NCBI GenBank assembly: GCA_051362555.1
Contig: CM120645.1
Span: 24,580,934 to 24,644,933, forward strand
Source: Lingula anatina
Taxonomy: Eukaryota; Animalia; Brachiopoda
Direction of reading: 5' to 3'
DNA length: 64,000 nt
In this document: positions 38,201-50,200 of the stretch, one piece after another
How the letters are laid out: each line of letters starts with the position of its first letter
Numbering within the stretch: the stretch's first letter is position 1
Made by a program: the position numbers and the translations under genes
The notes under the pieces: generated by a model
Databases searched by the model: none
The model's input: the letters and a program-made list of their open reading frames with translations, nothing else
Told to the model about the DNA's origin: nothing

Positions 38201-41200
38201 AGATGGTAATCAGAGAGAGAATGTGACAGTTCATGATACTTTTCCGCCACTAGCCAGCTGATTGTCTTTGGTAAAATTAATAATAAAGGAGTAGGAATTT
38301 TTGTGAATGAATATGGAGCTTAATTTACTTGAAATATTGTTTAAAAGAACATTTAACCATTATTTATATCTTTAGTTGATAATGCTTTGTTTCTTCAGTT
38401 TCTAATAATTTGTTATCTGCTCTCTTTCAGAGCCTCCTATGAAGAACAGATACCAAAGAAGGAAATCGGGTAAGTCCACCTGTATTGGCAGTATGGAGAT
38501 ATAATACTTGTAAATCAAGTCAGGTAAGTCCAATGTGGAATATCTAACACTGTGATGTACAGGGGTTCACCATGTCTTGTATATCCTCACATTTGGCTTT
38601 CTCACCAGTAGTTAACAGAGACTAGCTTTGCAAGAATTTTATTTATATTCTATTTATCTGTATCTTTATTCAATTTGAGATTGTGTATTCAGCTATGGTC
38701 AAACAAAACTGATTTCATGTGCTATATGCTTGAGCATCAGTGTCTGTAAAAGGTTATGTGAATAAAGAGGTTTGCAGAAATCTGCCATGATACCTGCCCC
38801 CTCCCCCCCTCCTCTCCTATATGCTTCTCATTCTACCCTGTGGGGTTGTGCCAGGGTTAGACCTGTATTAATTCTCTTACTGTATCTAACATCCTGTGGG
38901 ATATGCTTCTACCCCCAGAATTTTTAAGATTCAACTGGGACAGCAAACTCGGTATTCCTGTGGTTTGTTTCCATCTTCAGTATTTGCAGCTGAATATTTA
39001 CCAAACAAACACCTTCCTTGTTTCCTTGAATTTTAACTATATTTTCTGAGATTCTAACCAGATGGTTTAAAGGCGAAAAAGTAATGTCTAATTCATATGA
39101 GACTATAACAGGTGTGCTGAGCAATTAGTCAGATTTAAGATACTAGTAACTGTTTCATCAGAATTCCTCCTGCCTGAGATATACCAGGAAGTAGTATAAG
39201 AATTTGCACCTTGCACATGTCTAGACTGTGGAGTTGGCTGACTATCACCACTGATATCTTGGCTAGGCCGCAGACACCCAGTGCTTGGAGATAAACTTTG
39301 CTGATAACATACTTTGGTTCCTTATACATTAATGCTGGTTATATTTGTCATCTTTATGAAGATATGAAGGAAAGAACAAAATGGGTTTTATAGAGTTGGT
39401 AATGGATAATAGTGAACTAATTGATAAATGAATGGTCTTATTGGGTGGATTTGAAGAAGAGACCAAAAACTAATAATGAGAAACACCTAGTTATGGTTGG
39501 GTATTATTTGTTCATTCTAAGAGCGCATTCTCAACGAATTAAGCCAGGCTTTACAAAGCCGGTGACCTAAAAATGGCGGACGTACATGAAAGAAAAACCG
39601 CCTAATCTTTTAATAGTCTCTCCGCCTCCCCACACGTCGTCCCTGCGGGGTACAGTAATTAAATCTCGGCTCCGTTCGCCATGCGGAAGCTACCTGAGAA
39701 ATATTAAGTGCGCATGCTCATCAGTTAAACTCGTGGTGAAGAAGGCATAGCGGCTGAAGGCGATCCAAAAAAAAAAGCTCTTCTGTTCTATTATCTTTGA
39801 AAACAGAGACGAAAAAGGAATAATTTGGCCCGTAGAGCAGCAATGAATCGACTATCTAAGGAGATAATATCACCAGAGATATTCACGGAAATATTAATGT
39901 TCGGAGCCGAGATTTAATTACTGTACCCCGCAGGGACGACGTGTGGGGAGGCGTGTGAGAGGCGGAGAGACTATTAAAAGATTAGGCGGTTTTTCTTTCA
40001 TGTACGTCCGCCATTTTTAGGTCACCGGCTTTGTAAAGCCTGGCTTAATTCGTTGAGAATGCGCTCAAAGTTTGTAGATTGTCCAATTAAGCTAAACTCT
40101 AGGTTGCACCTATCTGAACATGATTCACTTATCTGTGATGTCCTCACATTATATATATAAATATTATATGCTGTACAATATATATATATATATATTCTAG
40201 AAAACAGTGCTTGGACACTTTTTTGATAGGGTGATGTGATTTTTTATGTCTGATGTTTGTTTTTCTACCTTTGTTATTTTAACATTTTATCAAGGTGTAT
40301 ACTGAAATGGTGGTTTGAAATAACTGTTATCATAATGTTTTAATTCCCATGTCAGCTATAATCTGGTGAGAGGTGACCAGTTCAGGAGACAGCAGACTTC
40401 AGACGTGGGGTTTGCTCCCCTGCTTGTCTGTGTCAAGACAAGCCCTCTACTACTAGAGCCACCTGGTGGACAGAAGCTCCAGAGTGTGCTCTTGCAGTTT
40501 ACTCTATTATATTATAACCATAGCCTTAAAGCTTTTGCCAGTTTCTTGGTGCATGCGTGTAGTATAGTTATGACTGACACTTTTCAATGGAGAAATATTA
40601 TCAGTCTTTCAGCTACATGTAGTAATTAGTCATTAATGGTTTAGATGTTACCACCAGATATCAGCTATCTGAATTTTCTGCTCCATTGACTTTTATCACT
40701 ATTTTTTAATTTGATATGCCTGCATTTACATTTGTTCTGTTCTGTGACATTTCTTGTAGTAAATGTTGAATATATAATAATGGATTAAATCATGGTAAAA
40801 ACCTCTTTATATTGAAATATTAATTTCATTTTTTCATGATCCAGTCATAATCGTTGAGATAATTGTGTATTAATAAGATATGTGCCCAAAAAAGCCATGC
40901 ATAAATATCCTATAATTTCTGTGAAATTTCTGTGCTAAATAAAGAGAATACATACATTACTAGTATATATATATATATATATAATCTTTGGAAGAGACAT
41001 TTGAAAATGGATTGTAGAAAAAAGCCAGAAAAAAAAAATATGGTAATTTTAATCATTGATGCTATAGTGTCTTTTGCTGATATCTGTTCACCATGGTTAA
41101 AATAATTATATGTCTGTTTGTTGTTTGTCAGCTAGGGCAGTGCGCTATGTGAGCAGCCAGTACTTCCTGACAGTTTTATTATCAAATTACAAATATTGCA

Positions 41201-44200
41201 GGTAATAACCTCCAAACAAGGAAGCTAATGAGGTCTTTAAGTTAAAGGTCACATGACAGTCATGTGACATCAATAGGATAGGTTAGTCCTGCTCAGCTGG
41301 CTGTATAATGCACATGGTTTACATGCCTGGCAAGAACTTAGGTCATATTTCTTCATTATGTATGCATGTGATATGCTGTAGTATGTTTCCAGTCCCTGCA
41401 AGGCTAGTCCATCACAACCTTATTAATAACATGCCAGCTCCTTGATCACAGATAAGAATACCAAATAGGTGTTGATTACACTGAATTGCTGGGTGGCAAA
41501 ATTCATTTTTACATGGTGAAAGGTGTCATAGGACATGTTGTTATACATATTTTAAGTGTTAAGTTCCTTTGTATATTAAGTCTTTGTGATATTTTATGGT
41601 GGATGCGGGTGTGTTTGGTAATGTAGGGTATTTGTGGAAGAAAGGCATCATAAGGTGGATTAGTAGAAATGCTATAATACCTACGTTTTATCATTTTACT
41701 GAGTGTGCTATATAAATGCTGCTTTATATGTGATTAAACAGCAGTGACTAGAGTGCCTGCAGGAAGTCTTGAAGTCAGCCTTGTAATAAACACTGTTGTG
41801 ATGGTTTGATGACAAGTAATATATAGTATTCTATCAGTTCTGTATGTGTGAAGTGTCTTCTCTATGATACTCTTCATTTGATGGCAGATGGGGCTTGCTG
41901 ATAAACGTGACAAAATGACCAGTTTTATTGATTCCAGCTCATTTTATTATCCAGTGCACAGGGCCAATACTGCCGTGGTTATAGTGCCCTGAAGCTGGAT
42001 ACATCAGTTTCTTCACCACATGATAGATTCTAATATTAACACACAACTTAAGATATCTTAGCAGATAAACAAAAAGTGCAGGAGCATTTTATCAGCTTAC
42101 ATATCTTAATGATTTGAAAATAATATATCCAATTCATTTTCTATATAATATATATATGAATTTTGAACTTCATATCATCCCACATAGACTCCATTAGGAT
42201 TCTGTGCCATGATGACCCTGTGTGAGTGGAGCACAGTTTGGGTAGATTTTATGTTGAAAACATTGAATTTGAGGGCTGCAACCTTCAAAAAAGCAAGAAT
42301 ACGTAGCCATGAAGATATGTAACTCCTATGCATGTTTATAATCTTTGACAAACTACCAAGTTCCTCTTGTCTTGGATGCACTATCTTTTGACCTAGGCTT
42401 GGAATAACCAATCAGATACTTGTATACGACATCCAGGAAATTCAAAAGTAATGATGCTGCAGTGTTGCTTTGAAGTGGACTTTGATTGATAAAGGATATC
42501 AAGAACATATTTATGTCAGCTATTCAGAAAAGATCAGAGGGTTTGATGATGATGAGATCCCAGCATAGTTAATGCTGTAGAAAAGATAAACTTGTACCAG
42601 TCTATAACTGATACATTAGAAAGGACAACAGATGTCATCTGGCCCAGGCTCTACAGTCCAGGTTATATTGTAGCAATCTGACAAACCTAAATTGGTCTAG
42701 ATTACTGAGCCTATAAGGTCCTTTTTACATAAAGTGGGATACTTCAGGGATACACCTGAACCATGGCACTTTGAATGATTGACAACTTAGAGTTGCCAAG
42801 CTTTGGCCCCATTCAGAACAGCAGACTAACTAGTCCACAGGTCAGATATGGCTGACCCACCTTAATACTTCCCCATGGAGAATCAGTTCAGTGTCTGTTA
42901 GCAGATTAGGCTGTATGTGTTTTAGTCCATCACCATATTTGGCTGCAAACTAGTTGGTCCACTGTTTTGAATGCAGCCAATGGCATAGGAGTCTCCTGAA
43001 TGTAGGCTCTGCACTCAACATGGACAACTCTTAAATTAATGTCAGGAAAGCTGTTTTAAACCCATGCACCATAATCATATGTGAGGATGTCCCGGAGAGA
43101 ACCTGGACAGCTGGATCACTCAGCTCGTACAGGCAAAAGGGCTAGGTCTAAGGGACCATTCAGAATGAGAAGAGCCAAGTGCTAGCTAGGCCGCGACCTA
43201 AATATGGCAGACCTACATGAAAGGAAGACTGCTTATTCCTGTAATGGTCTCTCAACTTCTCACATGCCTCCCCATGCGTCTTCCCTGCAGGGACACAGTA
43301 ATTAAATCTCGGCTCAATTCAACTGTTCAAGGGACTATACGTGGAGAGGTGTGGAATAGGCAGAGAGAACATTACAGGATTAAGCGGTCTTCCTTTCATG
43401 TAGGTCCGCCATATTTAGGTCGTGGCCTAGCTAGCACTCGGCTTTTCTCATTCTGAATGGTCCCTAAGAGCATTCTTGAAATAGGCAATACTTCATAGCC
43501 TATAATACTTTTGATTATCTGGTAACCTAAAACTGACTTCACATTTCTTTAGTTACAAATTAAGTGAGCATTTTATTTAGATTATTTTTTAAAAATAAAT
43601 ACTGGTGTGAAATTTGGTCAGTCTTTTAATACGTTCATGCTGTTCTTTCATTATCATGTCAAGGGACATCTTTAAAAGTCTACATGGTATTTCTGAAACT
43701 TACAAGTCTTATTAAACTTGGCTTTATGTTGTATGAATCCCATTTCAGTTTGCAGGAAGCTTGTAGTTCAGAAAAAAAAAATGATAACTAGACACAGTCA
43801 AAATTTTAAACATATTTTATAGAACAAATTGTAATACAATATTTCAAGACCTTGGTATGTTCTTAATAATAATAATATTCAGAAACCATATAAAGTTTTC
43901 AGATGGTCCCGTATGAATATGAATATTTTGCTATTGTGAGTATTGCATGTGAATAGCATTAACATCACTGTAAGATCACTGCCTGGGTTGATGTGGTTGA
44001 ATAAAACAGATGATTACTTCCATGATTTTTCCTACACAAATTTTTAACAGCATGGGAAATAAACATCTTTATAGTTAATATAGTGATTCATGTGTTTCTT
44101 TGTTAAGATAAGTCAGTTAGGTTAAACTTAATTATAATTACAGTTAGGAGACGGTGGGACCACATTGAATGTGGTGTTTTGTCTGTTTGTTGGACTGGGA

Positions 44201-47200
44201 AAGGAGCTGATAAACTGTTGTTTAAACTTTGCATTTCTCATTACCAGTGAATGACTAAGGTTGCACTATCAGAACAGGACTGCCTCTGCTGCTTGGGTGC
44301 CTTCCTTCATTAATATATAGATCCAATAATCCCAAGTTTTGTTTACCAGACTGCATGGAAACTTACCATATATCCCCAAGCCAGACTGGGCATCATATAG
44401 ACAGTGTAGTTCATTATTGCCACTTCATATGATCCAAGCTTCTCTCTCAGTATCAATGTAATTAAGATCTACAGGAAATCAAGAAATAGGCATAAGGTTT
44501 CTGAGTAACTTGAGGGTCAGTTTGTAGAGACAGTAAAAGGATCACAGGAACACAGCCCACTCACAGGGTAGTAGAGGGAGGATCACAGGAATACAGCCCA
44601 CTCACAGGGTAGTAGAGGGAGGATCACAGGAATACAGCCCACTCACAGGGTAGTAGAGGGAGGATCACAGGAATACAGCCCACTCACAGGGTAGTAGAGG
44701 GAGGATCACAGGAATACAGCCCACTCACAGGGTAGTAGAGGGAGGATCACAGGAATACAGCCCACTCAAAGGGTAGTAGAGGGAGGATCACAGGAATACA
44801 GGTCACTCACAGGGTAGTAGAGAGAGGATCACAGGAATACAGCCCACTCACAGGGTAGTAGAGGGAGGATCACAGGAATACAGCCCACTCACAGGGTAGT
44901 AGAAGGAGGATCACAGGAATACAGCCCACTCACAGGGTAGTAGAGGGAGGATCACAGGAATACAGCCCACTCACAGGGTAGTAGAGGGAGGATCACAGGA
45001 ATACAGCCCACTCACAGGGTAGTAGAGGGAGGATCACAGGAATACAGCCCATTCACAGGGTAGTAGAGGGAGGATCACAGGAATACAGGTCACTCACAGG
45101 GTAGTAGAGGGAGGATCACAGGAATACAGCCCACTCACAGGGTAGTAGAGGGAGGATCACAGGAATACAGCCCACTCACAGGGTAGTAGAGGGAGGATCA
45201 CAGGAATACAGGTCACTCACATGGTAGTAGAGAGAGGATCACAGGAATACAGCCCACTCACAGGGTAGTAGAGGGAGGATCACAGGAATACAGCCCACTC
45301 ACAGGATAGTAGAGAGGATCACAGGAATACAGCCCACTCACAGGGTAGTAGAGGGAGGATCACAGGAATACAGTCCACTCACAGGGTAGTAGAGGGAGGA
45401 TCATAGGAATACAGCCCACTCACAGGGTAGTAGAGGGAGGATCACAGGAATACAGCCCACTCACAGGGTAGTAGAGGGATATCGTTAATTTTCTATCAAT
45501 ATCTTTGCTGGGGATTCCCAGTGGGTTGAAGATCTATATGTACAAAGCTTGCCACCAGAACCTGCCTTGAATAGTTGGAAAATAATATGACAGCAGGAGA
45601 CATGTTAAGAAAAAGAGAAAAAACCTAATCCTTTTGTCATGACTGGTGTATATGTCTTTGTAGAGGAGTGATGTTGACAGACAGTGATTTCACTGGTAGC
45701 CAGGTTTGTTGAGTTTATATTTCCAATGAGGTTAGACAACTGGCAATATAACATTTGGCAGGAATCAGTGGGGATTGAAAACTGGCCTTTCATAACTGGA
45801 AGCTGTGATTTGATTTGGTATATCTTGCAGAGCTTGACATTATGTTGTAGATGTCTCCACGTTATCAGGGTGCAAAATAAAGATGAGACCAGATATTATG
45901 TTAGAACCATCAGCAGCAGCTTGTAAACCAAATAAATCAACATTTTGAGGAAGGAGGAAAAATTTGAAAAATAATTACTCTTCTCCTCTTGGGGATTATT
46001 ATCGCCATAGTTTTCGCAGCACTGGTGGCTTACTCCTGGCAGAGACTACAAGTGGAGTGTACATAATACTGTGGAGGAGCCAATCAACTGAAGTAATAGG
46101 TGATATATGGGGAATATTGCCTCCATTGATTGACTGGAGAATAGTGTTGTCTGTAAGGATTGCTGCTACAGTACAGATGTCCCAGAGGCTGGGATAAAGA
46201 GTGGCTTGGTTTTGTGTTTTTGACTGGCAACCATGAGATAAGGCATAGACTTCAGGCTTTGGTTTAGACAGCACACAGGCTAGCTCACCAGTACTGTTAA
46301 GACAGCTAATCTTCTAGGTGTCAGTCTAGACCAGTGGACTTACATCTGATATGTACAGACTGGAAGTGTGGTTAAGTTGACCAATATCTGGAAAAAACTG
46401 TTAAGATAGAACCACGACTTATGTGAATGACTTGGTGAAGATGGAACCACGTGCACGCACAGCTTATTTGAATGACTTAGAAAGGTTCGAATCACATGCA
46501 TGCACAGGTTATTTAATGACATGGTGAGGATTGAACCACAGTTTATTTCAATGACTTTTTAAGGATAGATAGCCACAGCTCATTTCATGACTTGGTGATG
46601 AACTTGCTGCACCCAGCCTTCATGTCTGCAGGGATGTCACCCACCTTCTGTGGAGAAATTGAGATTAAGCCAGCAGGTCTTCATGTGAACAAGAGGTTAT
46701 TAAGTGACATTCCCAGTTCTGATTTGTACAACAATTAAATTAAGCTAATACAGTCTGTGTTTTCTATACTATTTGGACTAGAGCTCATTACTGCTTTTCC
46801 TGTTGCTGACAATATATATTTATGAGCAGTTACTCTCACTTCTACATGGAACTGGCATTATAGATACATTTGTCCCCATAGTCTTCAACCTCAGGCTTCT
46901 AATATTGATATAGATTTTGCTGCTGTGTAGGTATTTGAATATGAAAGACCAGTATTTTGGATTACTTTACAACTTGGATGCTGGCGTGTGTTGTTTATAC
47001 ATATATGCATATCTACATACATGCCATTTTCATCAGCCAACTGCCAGTTTGGATGTTTGTCAAACCACAATCTAGGTACAGGTTGTTTAAGCTCTAAAAT
47101 GGCTGTTCTCTTCGCAAACGTACTGTGCACACATGAGGTTTGTTCTTATAGGGTGAGAAATCAATTTTAGCTGACAATAACTGAAGATTCCTCACAATTG

Positions 47201-50200
47201 GTGTGAAATGAACCAGACGGTGGCCAATGATTCTGGATGTTGAATGAAGTGTAACTTACAACATTAAGGAAGTAATTAGGGGGATGGACTGCTGTTTTAA
47301 TTAAAGTGCATCTGACATCTCTTCCTAAACCCCTGGCAGTGCTAATTTGCTAGTGAAGAAGCCACTTAGTTGGATGACTTGACTTCCCCCAGGGACAGTG
47401 AGAGCTGTGCTCTAGTCCAGGAGTAGAAGGACATACTGAATGCATGGGAATAGAGAACCAAGGGATTGGCACAAATATTTATTACAAGTTTGAGTTAATT
47501 TCCAAATCAAGAGGAAGCCTCATTTCTTATGGATTTTGGTGAATGTCCAATGAAGAATCTTCATAGGAAAAGTATAAACAGAGTTACTTAGGTCCAGCTG
47601 CTTTGGTAACAAAAAATTGCCAATACCAGAATAAAAACTTGGCCGACAGTTCATGGAATAAGAAATCGTGAAATATATCAAGAAAATATGAGGACAAAGA
47701 TTGGAAGAGCATATCTCAAAGATTACATTTGATTTGTCTACACACTGTGAATAAGTGTACCTATGTTCACTGACATATTGTTCAGTAGTGCACCTCCTAT
47801 AACATATTGCTTCCCAGAAGAAATCACTTCAGTGTAATTAGTCAGTCAAGCCACCCTCTCAGTAATGGCAGAGTCCCCAGCAGGCTCTCCTGTACCTCCT
47901 AAGAGACCATTACGGAGGAGATCAGCAGGTAATGGCAGGTTTCTCTTGCACTGGGGGAGGGGAGGGGGGGGGGGAGTTCTGGCATTCAAAGAGAGAATGA
48001 TTTCTAATATGATAATATATTAATGGTGGAAACTGATAACAATACCATGCTGGCCTCTGTGATATATATATATATATATAATGTGGTTACTTTGAGCTCC
48101 ATGGACGTATGCCAGTCATTGTAAGTGCTACAAATGTTTTTACACTTGGCATTTTTAAACAACCAGGTGTTTGTTCATAATTTACTGCCACACTTGTTAA
48201 TTACCCTGTCACCATTTTTTTCAATACCTCCAGTGTATTTACCTGTAGGTGGACCAGAGCTGACAGAAACAAGAGAAAGGACAATGTATCAGGGTACCCT
48301 GATATGATATCTAAATACATGGTGTAGCACCTGTCTCAGTTATTACAAAGTTAAAACAGTTTACTAAATAAAACCTGTGTCAGATCAAGAAGTCAAGGTG
48401 TTTACCCTGTTTTACCAATTATATTATTGATTCATAATAGGCATGTAAAGTTAATTTGTCTGAAAACTCTAGCTAATAAGTTGAACTGGAAATTGGTTTA
48501 CCCCACATATTATACATGTTTGGAAATTGATCTGCTCTGACATTGTTTTTTATTGACTGTGGTCTCTAAACTACTGTAAACATACTTAAATGCTGGCACG
48601 TCTATTAATTAGACCTAAGTTATGCTATTAGATATACCCTGTAGTGCAGAAAAACGTCTTATATTAGATACTGTGCTAGAGTAATGGTTTTATTTGGTAT
48701 GGATCTAAGTTTTTCTTTCAGAAGTGTAATTTTTTTTGTCCCATCTTTTTTATTCAGGTTTTAACACTAAACGAAACAGGTAGTAAGATTATTTTGCACA
48801 TATTTTTCATGTTTAAACCAGCTTGTACTTGAACAGTAGACTGTGACTTTTCTTAATTCTAATTAGTGTTCTTTGTTCTCTTTCCAGTATCAGCAGAGAG
48901 GTATGACCCAGAGGCAGATGAAGATGAAGGGGACCAAAGGGTAAGACACTGTCCTCACACAATCAGAATCATTCTTAGACCAGTATAGGTGGCAAAAGAG
49001 GGAAAGATTTCTGTAGTTCTTGCTAAAAGTAGATATCTGAAGTCAGAAGTTTAGTCTATATTTTATGTTTATGTTATCTAAATACACGCCATGTGAAAGG
49101 TTTATGTAGACCACTGCTTTTTTCTCTGTTGCTACACTAGTACTATAGCTTACTGGCATAGATTACCAGGTGGTTTTATTTTATCCTTCACTCCTTATCA
49201 AACTACCTGCAATAGGATAATGATTACAGCCAGTGCAGTGCTGTCATTACTCGCTGCTGAAAAAAATACTGGCCTATGCAATACGATATGGGGAACATTA
49301 ACAGAAAAAAAATATAATGAAAAAATGAAAAAAAAATAGCTAAAGGAGAATCATACTTAAATATCTCATTTTGGATCTTTTTGCTTCAAAATCAATAGAT
49401 GTTGACTTAAGCATCCTATACTTAGGTTACGGGAAATAATTAGGTTGAGATATTTAGACTACTATAGCTCATGATCAACTGATTCTTTTCTTTAAGATAT
49501 AAGTCCAAAGAAAAAGAAATGTATACATTACATTGGTCAATAGTTGGTTTGGCTATTTAGGATACGGTAAACATTTTCCTTCAAATGATAAAATAAAAAT
49601 TAGGCACACAGTTGTTTTTAGAGTCGGGGGACAGTCTTAGAGGAATATGAACCAAGGAAAAACATTTGAGGCCTATGATGAAATGTATTATTGATTTGTA
49701 GCTTGAACACTGACTGTTATGTCTAAATACATCCCAGATTCCATAAAATATCTCTTAGGTAGTTGCCATGGATGATTTTAACCAAATTTAAATTTTGGGC
49801 TAAGTCATTGATATAATTAGCTAGAAAAAAATTGTAAGTATTCCCTTTACCAAGTTTGAGTATGTTGAAACATTTGGCTATAATGGGTTAAATACAGTCT
49901 GCTAGAGTGAAGCCAGACATTTGTATTGACTGTGCAGTGGGTTTAGTCAGATAATGCTGTCTTAGCTCTGGTAATAGTTCAGTATTTCCTCCAAAGCTGC
50001 TTGAACATGATTATTTTTGGAACTGGATAACTTCAGGTCATGACCATCTCCACAGGTCCAGAGTGGAAACTAGATAACATCTGGAAAAAGATTTTTTTTT
50101 TCAGTTTCATAGTATGATCAAGCGATCAACTTTGTCGTATTGCAGTCAAATTCTCTGACTAATCATGACATTGTAAATCAAATATTTTTATTTCTAAACT

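Noticed and set aside
42150-46270. Other faint Penelope/GIY-YIG-like peptide fragments (PNG end near 42190, TKGLGF near 45630; also the 105-bp repeat unit at 21.3 kb)
   Set aside because: Matches are too short to separate from chance.
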